Shown here: in pieces, positions 19,282-28,864 of the stretch | Position numbering within the stretch: position 1 is the first letter of the stretch | How the letters are laid out: each line of letters opens with the position of its first letter | DNA from: an uncultured delta proteobacterium | Lineage (GTDB): Bacteria > Desulfobacterota > Binatia > Binatales > Binataceae | Assembly (NCBI GenBank): GCA_963842085.1 | Contig: CAWJET010000001.1 | Location: forward strand, 2,496,001-2,560,000 | Direction of reading: 5' to 3' | DNA: 64,000 nucleotides | Translations under genes and position numbers: made by a program | Notes under the pieces: model-generated | Database searches by the model: none | What the model was told of the DNA's origin: nothing | Seen by the model: the letters and a program-made list of their open reading frames with translations, nothing else

Positions 19282-19741
19282 GTGCCCAGACACAGAACGA
19301 AGCTCAATCCTCGGCAGGAACGCTTCGTTGTCGAATACCTGAAAGACGGAAATGGCACGCAGGCCGCCATCCGTGCCGGCTACGCCGCCTCTTCGGCCGC
19401 GGTGCACGCCCACCGGCTGCTGAAGAAGGACACGGTTCTCGATAAGCTCCACGCCCTCCGAAACAGCGCCCTGCAAAGAATCGGGGTCACGGCCGAGAAG
19501 ACTTTGCGCGAGCTCGGGGCTATCGCTTTCTTCGACCCCCGCCACCTCTTCGATGACAAGGGAAACATGCTGCCCCTCCACAAGATGCCCAAGGACGCGC
19601 GCAGCGCACTCTCCGGCTTCAACATCCGGGAGTCGGTCGAAGGCGGCCACCGGGTCCGGACGTTGGGAAATGAGGCTCGGGGCGGACAGACTGGCCGCGC
19701 TGAGTATCTTGGCCGAGCACCTCGGACTGATCCCCAAGTGA
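19282..19741 (+). pseudogene. Phage terminase small subunit, frameshifted
   Basis: LNPRQERFVVEYLKDGNGTQAAIRAGY..., LRELGAIAFFDPRHLFD; the expected C-terminus DRLAALSILAEHLG is in another frame after ~19640. Confidence 0.8.
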
Positions 19742-19942
19742 CCCAAAGGAACCTGGCCCGCGCCCATCTAATGTTCGCTGCCGGTATGTTTCCGCATTCG
19801 TCATCGTTGAGCCACAGCGCCTGAGCGCGTTCAAGCAGCGCAGCACGAATCTAAGGGAGCCCGGCCCGCCGCCCTTCCCTTGAGCAGACGGCCTCAGTGA
19901 AGTCTGAGATAACGCTCAAAGATGTTCTATTGACACGAATGA

Positions 19943-21220
19943 TCAAGGTATAAGTGGCGAACTTCCCGCTTCGTGGGGTACGCGTCGGGGCTGAGGCGCA
20001 AGCCGCGGAGCTTCCCTGCGCGGCGGATCCGACCGCATCCGCGCGCGGAAGATCAGCGCGGCACCAAGGTATGCAGCCAGCAGCATCGCAAATCCGGGGT
20101 GAGGTATCGCCTTGATAAGGGCGGTTGCGAAGCATGCGGCGAGTATCGAGCTACCGGCGATCAACGCGATCTGCCGCGCTGGTTCGCTCGGCTGGAACCC
20201 CTGCCACGCGGCGAGCAGCCCGAACAGGTACAACGGCAGCAGCAGCAGGGTCTCGGGGATCCACGCAAGCGGCGACATCAGAAGCGCAAGCGCCACCCAC
20301 AGACCGAACAGGAGACCGTCGAGGTCGGCGCGTTCGCGGCTCATTATCGTGGCCGCCGCAACGACAGAGAGCAGCGCGAGGTCGATTAGTGCAGTGATTG
20401 CCAGGACCGCGAAGAAAGGAGCCGCGACTATGGTCGTGCCGGCGAAGTGCGCAACGCATTTTCGCACAAAAGCGAGCATGGTGAGTTCGGCGCGTGCCAC
20501 GTTGCGATAGGAAACGGGCATTTCCAGCGTCGCGAGCTCGATCCAGTGGGCGGGATTCGTTAGCATTACGCCGGCGACAAAACAGCCGATCGCCCAGCCG
20601 AGCGCACGCCAACGGCGGCCAAACAAAAAATATCCGCCAGCTGTTACGGGATAAAGCTTCACCAACGCCGCTAGCGCCAAGCACAGTCCAGCGGCAGCCG
20701 GACGCTCTCGCCGCGCGCAGAACCATGAGGCGCACAACAGCATCAGCAGCGTCGGCGTGACTTCGGCACCCTCCAGCGTGCCCTTGAACTGGCGCGATAG
20801 CAGCAGCAGCGAAAGGACGATGATCGTCGGCGCGGTACCGAGCGGCGGAGCGTTCGCGCGCGCCAGCATTAGCACTGCGGCCACCAGGCATAGCATCTGC
20901 CCAGCCTGCCACGTCCAGTAGGCGGTCTTCCGGTCGAGCCGTGCGAGGGGCGAAAATACCTCGACGAAAAATGGGGTGTTGTTGCAATAGCGCGGACGCG
21001 ATACGCCGGGCCGCAACTCGGTCTTTTCGCTCCGCACCACAAACGGATCGCCGCCGCTCGAGTAATCGGTCCACCAGCCGTAGTAGAAACTGAAGTCAAC
21101 GTCGTCATACCGGTGCGAGACTGCACGGATGCGTCGGGCGAGCGAGAGCGCCGCGACGATCGCGAGGATCGCCGCGCCAGCCCTGACAATCGGAAGCCGC
21201 GGCTGAGCCGAACTTTTCAT
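19943..21220 (-). CDS. Glycosyltransferase family 87-like (DUF2029) membrane protein
   Basis: DFSFYY after TM1, TPFFVEVFSPLARL...AYWTW, AAGLCLALAALVKLYP, LMSPLAW. Confidence 0.78.
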   Translation of the reverse strand: MKSSAQPRLPIVRAGAAILAIVAALSLARRIRAVSHRYDDVDFSFYYGWWTDYSSGGDPFVVRSEKTELRPGVSRPRYCNNTPFFVEVFSPLARLDRKTAYWTWQAGQMLCLVAAVLMLARANAPPLGTAPTIIVLSLLLLSRQFKGTLEGAEVTPTLLMLLCASWFCARRERPAAAGLCLALAALVKLYPVTAGGYFLFGRRWRALGWAIGCFVAGVMLTNPAHWIELATLEMPVSYRNVARAELTMLAFVRKCVAHFAGTTIVAAPFFAVLAITALIDLALLSVVAAATIMSRERADLDGLLFGLWVALALLMSPLAWIPETLLLLPLYLFGLLAAWQGFQPSEPARQIALIAGSSILAACFATALIKAIPHPGFAMLLAAYLGAALIFRARMRSDPPRREAPRLAPQPRRVPHEAGSSPLIP

Positions 21221-21250
21221 TTTTGAATCCTGATTCGGACTAGAGTTTGT

Positions 21251-21809
21251 TCAGTGAGAGGGGGGACCGGAAGAAAGATGCTCTTGATTACATCGTGCGA
21301 GAGACCATAACGAGTGACACCATTTGCGGCAAGGTGATATTGTACCGCGACCCCTTGACTCTGGAGTGCACGAAGCAGGTAATCGCTGACCAGTTAGGGT
21401 TTTGTACGGCCGCAGAATTGCCAGGTGATAACCGCAAACGAGGTCGGGTGCGCTGTATTCGACGAGTGTCGGGACACCAATGTCATTCCAAGACTCCGAG
21501 TCCTTGGTAATCAGCACGTCGCCTGATTGAAGGCGGAACCGCGTTATCTCTTCCTGGGCGGCGGTGGCGCGCATGAAGGGGATGGAATCCGTGATTCGTT
21601 CGTTCTTATAAACATCGACGTAGTTGCAAAGACGGACTGGGAGTTCTCTTTCTAGCGTGTGCTTGTCCTAGCGTGTGCTTGTCGATGGTGCTGACCAGCG
21701 TTTGCAGAACGTTGCGCTGTCGCCACACCTGCCGGTGCTCCGGCACTTTTCCCAACGGTGGCACACCGGAGTCCTTGTAGGCCGGATACGGCTTGAGGTC
21801 GTGTTTCAT
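21251..21809 (-). pseudogene. hsdS: Type I restriction-modification specificity subunit, degraded
   Basis: MKHDLKPYPAYKDSGVPPLGKVPEH start; VRLCNYVDVYKN; GDVLITKDSESWNDIG..CGYHLAILRP in shifted frames; 16-bp duplication at 21652-21683; truncated. Confidence 0.85.
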
Positions 21810-22207
21810 GCCGTTGCTTCTTTCGCGAGCGCGCGTACGATCCGCGCACGTGCTCTTGCCCGATCGGCCAGGTGCGTTTCTTCTCGTGTTTGCGCCAGCC
21901 ACTCGAAGAACCGCTGAACTCCGTGGCGAGTATTCGACTCGTCACGACAATTCACGATGAAGGCGAACTGAATCTTTTGGATATTGTCGGCCACGAAAAC
22001 TCCAAACGGAGCTGTCACAACAGTGGTATCCGAGAAACCGAGTAACTTAGTAGCCTGCGTCTCTAAAGCGGTCTTGTGGCAGGCGATGACGTGAACGGGG
22101 CCTCCTCGGCTTCCTTTGAGGACAGCCGCGAGTTCGTGGTCCCGAAGGAATGGTTGGCCGACCATTTCTTTGGCAGGGCCAACGCTAATAGCTGCGGGAA
22201 TCGCATC
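21806..22207 (-). pseudogene. C-terminal fragment of an unknown gene between hsdM and hsdS
   Basis: Open frame ending ...ARIVRALAKEATA* overlapping the hsdS ATG (ATGA); N-terminus lost by fusion to the hsdM remnant. Confidence 0.5.
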
Positions 22208-22766
22208 GGTCCGAAAAGGTGAATCGCCACCTGTTTGCCGTGCTCGTTTGCGAGGCGCTTGAGTGTTTGCCTCTGAGACAGTGAGCATCCCGCCGGTTCC
22301 GCATGCACCGTCATAAACCAAATACGTGCCCGATTCGACGCGATCCGCGAGCGGCAAGAACACGAGATTCGCCATCAGCTCGACAACGTCTTGGGGAGTG
22401 AAGTGCTCTCCAGCCTCTTCATTGTTTTCCTCGTTAAGGCGCCGAATGAGCTCCTCGGAGATGGTCCCCATGGCGTGGTTGTCGAGCGCAGGGAGCCGAA
22501 CGTTTGGCGCGCGCTTTCAAATCGCGCAATGTGAATGGTGACGCGTTGTAGAAGGCTTGCCCTGCGGCCAAACGGAGGGCGGCGTCTTGATGAACGACGC
22601 CGCTATCATCGAGCCGTTTCTTCATTTCCAAGACGGCTTGCTTGGTCGGCTCCAAAACAGCATCGAACCGGCGGATAACCGTCATTGGGAGAATCACATC
22701 GCGACATTTGCCTCGAAAAATGAAGTTCGCGATCCACTCAGCTGCCCGTTTTCCATTGCCCCTCAA
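22208..22766 (-). pseudogene. hsdM: Type I restriction-modification methyltransferase subunit, internally deleted
   Basis: RDVILPMTVIRRFDAVLEPTKQAV, GQAFYNASPFTL; NHAMGTISEELIRRLNEENNEEAGEHFTP, YDGACGTGGML; frameshifts and deletions, catalytic NPPY half missing. Confidence 0.9.
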
Positions 22767-22845
22767 AACTCCTTGACTACCGTTTTGTTCACTTTGGAAC
22801 CGACTATTCGCGCGAGGCGAGCGGATGCCAATACCGTGTGCTTAA

Positions 22846-23112
22846 TCAGGATTCGAATTCCGCTTTCAGCCGCTCCGCGACAAACATTTTGAGCAGCGAC
22901 TGGTACGGCACGTCGCGCTTGTTGGCGAGGAGCTTGAGCCGATCGAGCATCGGCTTCGGCAGACGGAGTGATATGGTCTGCGAAGAAGGGCGCAAGTTCG
23001 GAAGGGTCACTCGTTTACCTTTGCGCCAGTCGATGAAGTCCGCCGAGTCATGTTGTGCCCAGAACTCGCGCTCGCTGTCTTCGCTCTTGAATTTAGGCAG
23101 TGCCTTTTTCAT
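22846..23112 (-). CDS. BrnA/CopG-like antitoxin
   Basis: LPKFKSEDSEREFWAQHDSADF, ISLRLP..LDRLKLLANKRDVPYQSLLK; overlaps the toxin stop. Confidence 0.88.
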   Translation of the reverse strand: MKKALPKFKSEDSEREFWAQHDSADFIDWRKGKRVTLPNLRPSSQTISLRLPKPMLDRLKLLANKRDVPYQSLLKMFVAERLKAEFES

Positions 23113-23411
23113 GACGACCTGAACCTTCGCTCCCTGCGGCTCATGTCACGAGCCGAGATAACCCGAATGAGACGGCCGCGAATCGCTAATACCACGAACA
23201 TCAGTCTGCCGCTGTCGCTCTGGCCCAGAGCATAAAACCGCTCTTCGCTGCTCGATGAGTGCTGCTCGTCGCTGCCGACAATAACGGGCCGATTGAAGAA
23301 AAGCTCCTCACACTCAGTCGGCATCACCTGATGGCGGCCCCAAATCCTCGCCGAGTTGCCGGCGTCCCATTGGAAGCCCTCGCACTCCGCCAGCCGCTCA
23401 TCCCACTTCAC
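23109..23411 (-). CDS. BrnT family toxin (DUF497)
   Basis: GFQWDAGN, ECEELFFN, HS..EERFYALG, IRVISARDM. Confidence 0.9.
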   Translation of the reverse strand: MKWDERLAECEGFQWDAGNSARIWGRHQVMPTECEELFFNRPVIVGSDEQHSSSSEERFYALGQSDSGRLMFVVLAIRGRLIRVISARDMSRRERRFRSS

Positions 23412-23714
23412 GTGGGTATTGTATATCGCTCACACATACCTGTGCAAGTTGGTCAACATCCCCGCCCATCTCCGCCTTGCGCGGCTACGCTCAAGACCGC
23501 CGCGCCATCTTGACGGATCGCTAACGCTTGTCACGGCCGCCTTGAACTGCTTCGCCGCGCTCGTGGGTGGCTGCGCTTTGCTCCGCATCGGGTCTCTTTC
23601 CTCCTCGCCCTCATACAAGGGTGAAGGGCCGAGGGGGAAAGGTTCAAGTTTTTACGAACCAAACTGCGCCCTGCCGCATGAGCGGAAGCGGGCGCGGAGT
23701 AAGGAGCAGAGGAA

Positions 23715-23955
23715 ATGGACGTTTACGCGATTGTCACCGAGAAGATCATCAACCTGCTTGAGCAAGGCGTTGTGCCATGGCGGAGACCGTGGATATCGAC
23801 CGGACCTGCCGCGAAATCTTGTCAGCAAGAAACCGCATCGAGGAGTCAGCTATTTTCTACTTTCAGCCACGAAATACATGTCACCATACTGGCTGACGAT
23901 GCGCCAGGCGAATCAGATGGGCGGACACGTCCGCAAGGGCGAGGAGAGCACGATT
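23715..23955 (+). pseudogene. ardC: ArdC-like ssDNA-binding antirestriction protein, N-terminal remnant
   Basis: MDVYAIVTEKIINLLEQGVVPWRRPW then frameshift to PRNLVSKKPHRG..YWLTMRQANQMGGHVRKGEES; truncated. Confidence 0.88.
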
Positions 23956-24059
23956 CGAATGAAAAAGATGCGCGGGAGGAGTGGTACAATTGTGCCTCCT
24001 CTGTAGAGCACGACGTATTTACCTTGCAGATTTCGGAGGAGGTAGACCACGACATCTGA

Positions 24060-24858
24060 GGCTCAGCGCGGACTCCTCGTTTCTGTCGCAAACCCCGAGG
24101 CGGTTCCGGGGCTCCTCGGGATTGCCTTCGCTGCTAACGGACCCAATGACCCACCTCCGCGCCTGCTCGCGCTGGTAGACCGCGCGCGCAGTGCATCTGC
24201 GAAACCGCCGGCACAAGAAAAAGGTACTGCGCCACCAACCACTGCACTGCTTTCAGCGGTCCGCTATGCGCACGCGAAAGGCGTGACCATCGGGGCGCAG
24301 GTGTCGTGGTCCGACGATCCGGCACTGGACATCATCACGGTAGCACTGGAAGCGAGAGTCGCTTGGATCCTGCTTGGCTATCATCGTGCGGCCTCGGGCA
24401 GCGACACGACGGGCGGCGTTGTTCGGGAGGTCCTTGCCAGGGCCAAAATGCTGCCTATCAACGTCGGCGTTTTCATTCAGGGGACGGATCGCCCCATCGA
24501 GCGAGTCTTTGCCGCAGTTGATTCAAGCCGGGATGGCCGCGCGAGCCTTGCTCTCGGTGTACGCATCGCGAAGGGGAACAAGTGCAAGCTGCGCGTGCTT
24601 CTCCTGGCTAAACGCATGCCAAATGTGGAAGGCGTCCTGCCGGACATGGTGCGCGACGCACGCGCCGAAATAGGAGAAGGGTTGCACACGGACGTGCTTA
24701 CAGAACGTAGTCTGCGTCAACTCCTCAAGCAGGCGCCTGGACGATTGCTGATTGTTGGAAGGAGATTCGCCGACGAGGTTGGACTGCTCCTAGATGAAGT
24801 CCGCAGTCATCGTTCTGTAATCCTCGTTCAGGGCGCCGATAAGCAGGGCTTCGCATAG
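24060..24858 (+). pseudogene. USP-like C-terminal region of a cation/H+ antiporter (fragment)
   Basis: LLVSVANPEAVPGLL..., WSDDPALDI, WILLGYHR, GGVVREVL, ERVFAAVD; no membrane domain upstream. Confidence 0.55.
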
Positions 24859-25511
24859 AAATCGAGCCCGGCAAACCGCTCATTCAATATCGCGGTTCCC
24901 GGTGCAGGCGTGATTTCGTCGAAGACCGGCCGTCCGGCCAACGATACGCCGTCTACGTTTCAGTGTTCAGGTTTCGGAGACTCCCTGATCCGATAACCAA
25001 ACGGTGGCTGGAGTTGTGCCCTGGCGCACCACTCCCAAATGACATCGAAGTCCGAAGCAAGTTGATTGACAGTCGAATTAAATAAATCGCGCCGATGAAG
25101 TCAGACACATGAAGATCCGCCACGCAGCCGCGCTCGCGGTCCGGGTGAACGAGAACCGATGCCGATGTTGGTCTTTCTTCATCCATCCGAAACAAGCGCC
25201 TACTCGGTGATCTTCACCGGCTTGGTTGGGCTGACCGACAAAGGAGTTCTCAAGGAAGGGAATCTCGGTTTCATTCTGCTTGCGCCACAGGGCCGCTATA
25301 CGGCACATCGCTATCCTGGTTACGATTCGAACGCGCTCGGGTGGGACAACTGGCTAGACAATCCTTTGCCATCCCCCCTCCCCCCATTACTGAAGTAAGC
25401 GAAGATTGGGAGGGTTCCGCTATAACTATAAGTAGTAAAACTCATCTCTTAGTTTTTTTGAGGGTCAGTCAGTGCTACCCAATAGTCCTCGAACGATTCA
25501 AACCCCTGCCG

Positions 25512-25865
25512 ACGATCGGGAGCGCCGGCTATCCTACCGACGAAACGGAAATGCGCCGGCGCGTGGCCGAGGACTTCAAGCGATCGAATTATCCGGCAGG
25601 CTTTTCCCGGCAGGCGGCCGCCGCGCTGGCAAACGGCGATCGGCGCGCGGCGCTCAAACGGGTCAAGGCGCCCACGGTTGTCATTCACGGCGCGGATGAT
25701 CGGCTCGTGCCGATCGAGGGCGGCCGCGACACGGCGGCGAATGTTGCAAGAGCGGAGTTGATTGAAATTCCAGGCATGGGGCATGACCTGCCGGCCGCGC
25801 TCTATTCCAGGATCGCTGACGCGATCGAATCCGTGGCGAAGCGCGCGTGTGTCGGTGCGTCGTAG
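25512..25865 (+). pseudogene. Alpha/beta hydrolase, C-terminal fragment
   Basis: APTVVIHGADDRLVPIEGGRDTA..IPGMGHDLP; nucleophile-containing N-terminal half absent. Confidence 0.8.
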
Positions 25866-25878
25866 GCGATGGCGAACG

Positions 25879-26103
25879 TCACGTCTCCGAATCTTCGTGA
25901 CCCACGAACTCTTCGATTGGGATCCCTGAAGCGCGCGATAGACGAAGCGCGTGCTTGAGGAGACTCACGTGTCCCTTGTGAATCCAATCGTGGATAGCCG
26001 TGTTTGAAACTCCGCAAAGGGTGGCTGCCTTGGTTGGCCCACCAATCAGTTTCACCGCGCGAGCGACGACGTTCTGATCGCGCTGTTTCCTCCTGCTCAC
26101 CAT
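25879..26103 (-). CDS. Cro/CI-like HTH regulator
   Basis: RAVKLIGGPTKAATLCGVSNTAIHDWIHKG..ALRLSRASGIPIEEF; divergent from the recombination operon. Confidence 0.8.
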   Translation of the reverse strand: MVSRRKQRDQNVVARAVKLIGGPTKAATLCGVSNTAIHDWIHKGHVSLLKHALRLSRASGIPIEEFVGHEDSET

Positions 26104-26187
26104 CCGCGGGCTCCTTACCGTCCGGTTGCAAAGCAAACTTATCAAGATGTCCGAACGGGCTCCAGCATCGCGTTGGCCTAGCCGAAC

Positions 26188-26242
26188 CTGACAGAAATAT
26201 CTGTTAAGATTACTTGACAGAGCCCGCTGACAGAGCTAAGCT
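26188..26242 (+). promoter_or_regulatory. Sigma70-type promoter with TGACAGA operator-like repeats
   Basis: TTGACA (26214-19)-17 bp-TAAGCT (26237-42); TGACAGA at 26189, 26215, 26228; imperfect palindrome TGACAGA-aata-TCTGTTA. Confidence 0.65.
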
Positions 26243-26348
26243 TCGTACTGGAGGATCTACAGTAAAGAGCCCCGCGAACTTGGCTTTGTGAAGACAGATC
26301 TCTGGGATCCTGACGACGATTTAGGATCAAAACCGCTAAGGAGCATTC

Positions 26349-26720
26349 ATGAAATCCAGCCTTGGTTACCTCAACGGCCACCTCTGTGTTGTCAATGAAT
26401 CCGAGCCAGGCGCAAGCAGCCTTGGAGGCCCGCCGGGAAACATCCGCGAATGGCATGCAGTTCGCGAAGCCGCCAAGCCCGAAGTGGCAACCCTTCTTGG
26501 CCGGCCCGTCACCCGGGTCGAATCGGAGGAGGGCCTGTACGTGGACGAAGAAGGAAACGTCTATCAACTGGCAGACAAGGGCGAGACGAAGCCGATCGAA
26601 GTCGAGCATCTCCCTGGGACAGAGAAGACCGAACTCGAGGTGCTACTGGAGGCTTCGCTGGAGGGAGGAGAGGGGAACGGAAAAAACAGAGGCGCCAAGC
26701 GGCTCGTGAAAAAGAATTGA
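26349..26720 (+). CDS. Hypothetical protein (acidic)
   Basis: AAGGAG RBS; first gene of the ERF-YqaJ operon. Confidence 0.7.
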   Translation: MKSSLGYLNGHLCVVNESEPGASSLGGPPGNIREWHAVREAAKPEVATLLGRPVTRVESEEGLYVDEEGNVYQLADKGETKPIEVEHLPGTEKTELEVLLEASLEGGEGNGKNRGAKRLVKKN

Positions 26721-26744
26721 AGCCGCAGTCGTAAGCAGCAAGCG

Positions 26745-27488
26745 TTGCAGATGGTGGCCGCAAAGCCCGAGGCGCGCGCGGCGGAGGCACCTGCTGCCGT
26801 CGAGACGAGCGCTCCAACTTCCAATGTGACCGCCCCTGGAGATCCGGTGCGACTGAATCTACGCCAGAAGCTGGCCGAAGTTCGCCGCCGCATCGGCTAC
26901 GTCCAGAAGCGCGGCCACAACGAGCGCTTCAACTACAGCTACGTTACCGCCGCTGATATAGCGGGCTCGGTCGGCGACATACTCGCCGAATTAGGGGTGG
27001 TCGTCATCCCCAGACTAGAAGACATCTCCTACGAATCGGCCGTAGGCAGGGGCGAGGCCACCCGGATGGCGAGGGTGGTAATGGCCTACACCTTCGCCGA
27101 TGTCGACAGCGGTGAAGAAGTGATTGCGAAGGTCGCGGGCCAGGGCCTCGACCCCGGCGACAAGGCGCCATACAAGGCGATGACCGGGGCGTTGAAGTAC
27201 GCGTTGCTGCAATCCTTCCTGCTCGCCACCGGCGACGATCCGGAAGACGAACGGGCCGACGGTCGTTACTCGGCAGGAAATCCAGAACGCCTGATCAGCG
27301 CCGAACAGGTTCGCGAACTCGAGAAACTGATCGACGATACCGGGACAGACCTGGAACGGGTACTCGCGTACTACAAAGTCGCTTCACTCGGCGAAATGAC
27401 CGAGACCGCCTACCGGCGCGCGCTCGAAGTTCTCAACCGCAAACTGGCCAAACGCGGCAATCAGGAGACCGTTCATGCCCAGGATTGA
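26745..27488 (+). CDS. ERF family single-strand annealing recombinase
   Basis: QKLAEVRRRIGYVQKRGHN..FNYSYVTAADI, GQGLDPGDKAPYKAMTGALKYALLQSFLLATGDDPE. Confidence 0.9.
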   Translation: MQMVAAKPEARAAEAPAAVETSAPTSNVTAPGDPVRLNLRQKLAEVRRRIGYVQKRGHNERFNYSYVTAADIAGSVGDILAELGVVVIPRLEDISYESAVGRGEATRMARVVMAYTFADVDSGEEVIAKVAGQGLDPGDKAPYKAMTGALKYALLQSFLLATGDDPEDERADGRYSAGNPERLISAEQVRELEKLIDDTGTDLERVLAYYKVASLGEMTETAYRRALEVLNRKLAKRGNQETVHAQD

Positions 27489-28353
27489 ACGGCTGCAGCA
27501 GAACACTCCCGAATGGCACCGCTGGCGCAAGCAAGGAATTGGGGCCAGCGACGCTCCGGTGATCATGGGCGAGACCGCGTTCAAGAGCCCGAGAACGCTA
27601 TGGTCGATAAAAACCGGGCGTATGCAGGAAGCTTCCGCAGGTCCGGCAGCGCGACGCGGCCGCGAACTGGAGCGTTTCGCCCGTCGCGCGTACGAGCGAC
27701 AAACAGGCATCCAGGTGGAGCCACTGTGTCTGGTCCACCAGGAGTTCGAGTGGATGCGGGCGTCGCTGGACGGGCTCAGCTTCGACGGCTCCACGCTGCT
27801 GGAGATTAAATGCCCGCTCAGCCCGCGCGATCGCGCATCAGCTGAGCAAGGTCGCATCCCTTGCCAGTACCATGCGCAGCTACAGCATCAACTGGAGGTC
27901 TCCGGAGCAGCACAGGCGCACTACTGGTCCTTCCACGGAACTGGCGGAGTCCTGGTCGAAATACGCCCCGACCGGGAATACTTGAAGCGGCTGGTAGAGG
28001 CAGAGGCCGCTTTCTGGCAGCTGGTGCAGGAAAACCGCTGGCCCGAATTGCCCGACGAAGAACTGGATCTGAGCGCGGAGCCAAAATGGCGCCGCGCCGC
28101 TCTGCGTTACCGTGAAGCCAGACTCCGGCTGGAACACGCAGCAGCCGAAGAACACCAGCTGCGCGCAACGCTTGCGTGCATGGCGACCGCGCGGCGGACC
28201 TACGGCTGCGGCGTCGAAGTCCTGAAGAGCTCGCGAAAGGGCGCGGTCGATTACTCGGCGGTGCCGGAGCTCCGCGGGGTCAACCTCGAACCCTACCGTA
28301 AGCCGCCGGTCGCGGTCGTCAAGATCAACTTCACCGAGCCCGACGGGCAATAG
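27475..28353 (+). CDS. YqaJ/lambda-exonuclease family viral recombinase
   Basis: LQQNTPEWHRWRKQGIGASDAPVIMG, RGRELE, WMRASLDG, LLEIKCP, YHAQLQHQL. Confidence 0.93.
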   Translation: MPRIERLQQNTPEWHRWRKQGIGASDAPVIMGETAFKSPRTLWSIKTGRMQEASAGPAARRGRELERFARRAYERQTGIQVEPLCLVHQEFEWMRASLDGLSFDGSTLLEIKCPLSPRDRASAEQGRIPCQYHAQLQHQLEVSGAAQAHYWSFHGTGGVLVEIRPDREYLKRLVEAEAAFWQLVQENRWPELPDEELDLSAEPKWRRAALRYREARLRLEHAAAEEHQLRATLACMATARRTYGCGVEVLKSSRKGAVDYSAVPELRGVNLEPYRKPPVAVVKINFTEPDGQ

Positions 28354-28359
28354 ACCGTC

Positions 28360-28857
28360 ATGCAGGAATTTTTCGGCTTTCGCAATTTCCGCCAGTTCGA
28401 GCGTACCCACCGAGAGCTCAAGCTGCCCTACGAGCTGTTGAACGACCTTCGCTTCCGTCAGCTGCCCGATGCCCACAAAGCCCACCTGCTCTGTCTGCTG
28501 CTGCTCTCGGCACGAATGAACAATCTGCTGCCCAACTGTCCGGTCAAGCTGGAGCGGTTGATAGGGGCGACCGAGCCGTTGGACTTAAGCGCCTTCGCCG
28601 ACTTCGTCGACTTCGCCGTGCTGGAAAAGCCGACCTGGCAGGACCGCGTTGCGAACCGGCGGGTGCCCGACAGCATGCGCGCGGCAGTGCTGGTGCGCGA
28701 CGGCGGACGCTGCCGAAAGTGCAGGAGGGCGATCCAGCTGGAGATGGATCACATCGTTCCGGTCAGCAAGGGCGGCAAGACCGAAGAATCGAACCTTCAG
28801 ACGCTCTGCCGGCGCTGCAACCGGGCCAAGTCCAGGAAGCTGGTTCCCGGGCTCTGA
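28360..28857 (+). CDS. HNH endonuclease with N-terminal phage replication-initiator-like domain
   Basis: RDGGRCRKC...LEMDHIVPVSKGG..ESNLQTLCRRCN; N-terminus LKLPYELLNDLRFRQLPDAHKAHLLCLLLL. Confidence 0.88.
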   Translation: MQEFFGFRNFRQFERTHRELKLPYELLNDLRFRQLPDAHKAHLLCLLLLSARMNNLLPNCPVKLERLIGATEPLDLSAFADFVDFAVLEKPTWQDRVANRRVPDSMRAAVLVRDGGRCRKCRRAIQLEMDHIVPVSKGGKTEESNLQTLCRRCNRAKSRKLVPGL

Positions 28858-28864
28858 GAAAGAG

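Noticed and set aside
28649-28864. N-terminal extension of the ATPase as a primase/Zn domain
   Set aside because: Alternative frame of the HNH gene; ATG 28865 follows the HNH stop.
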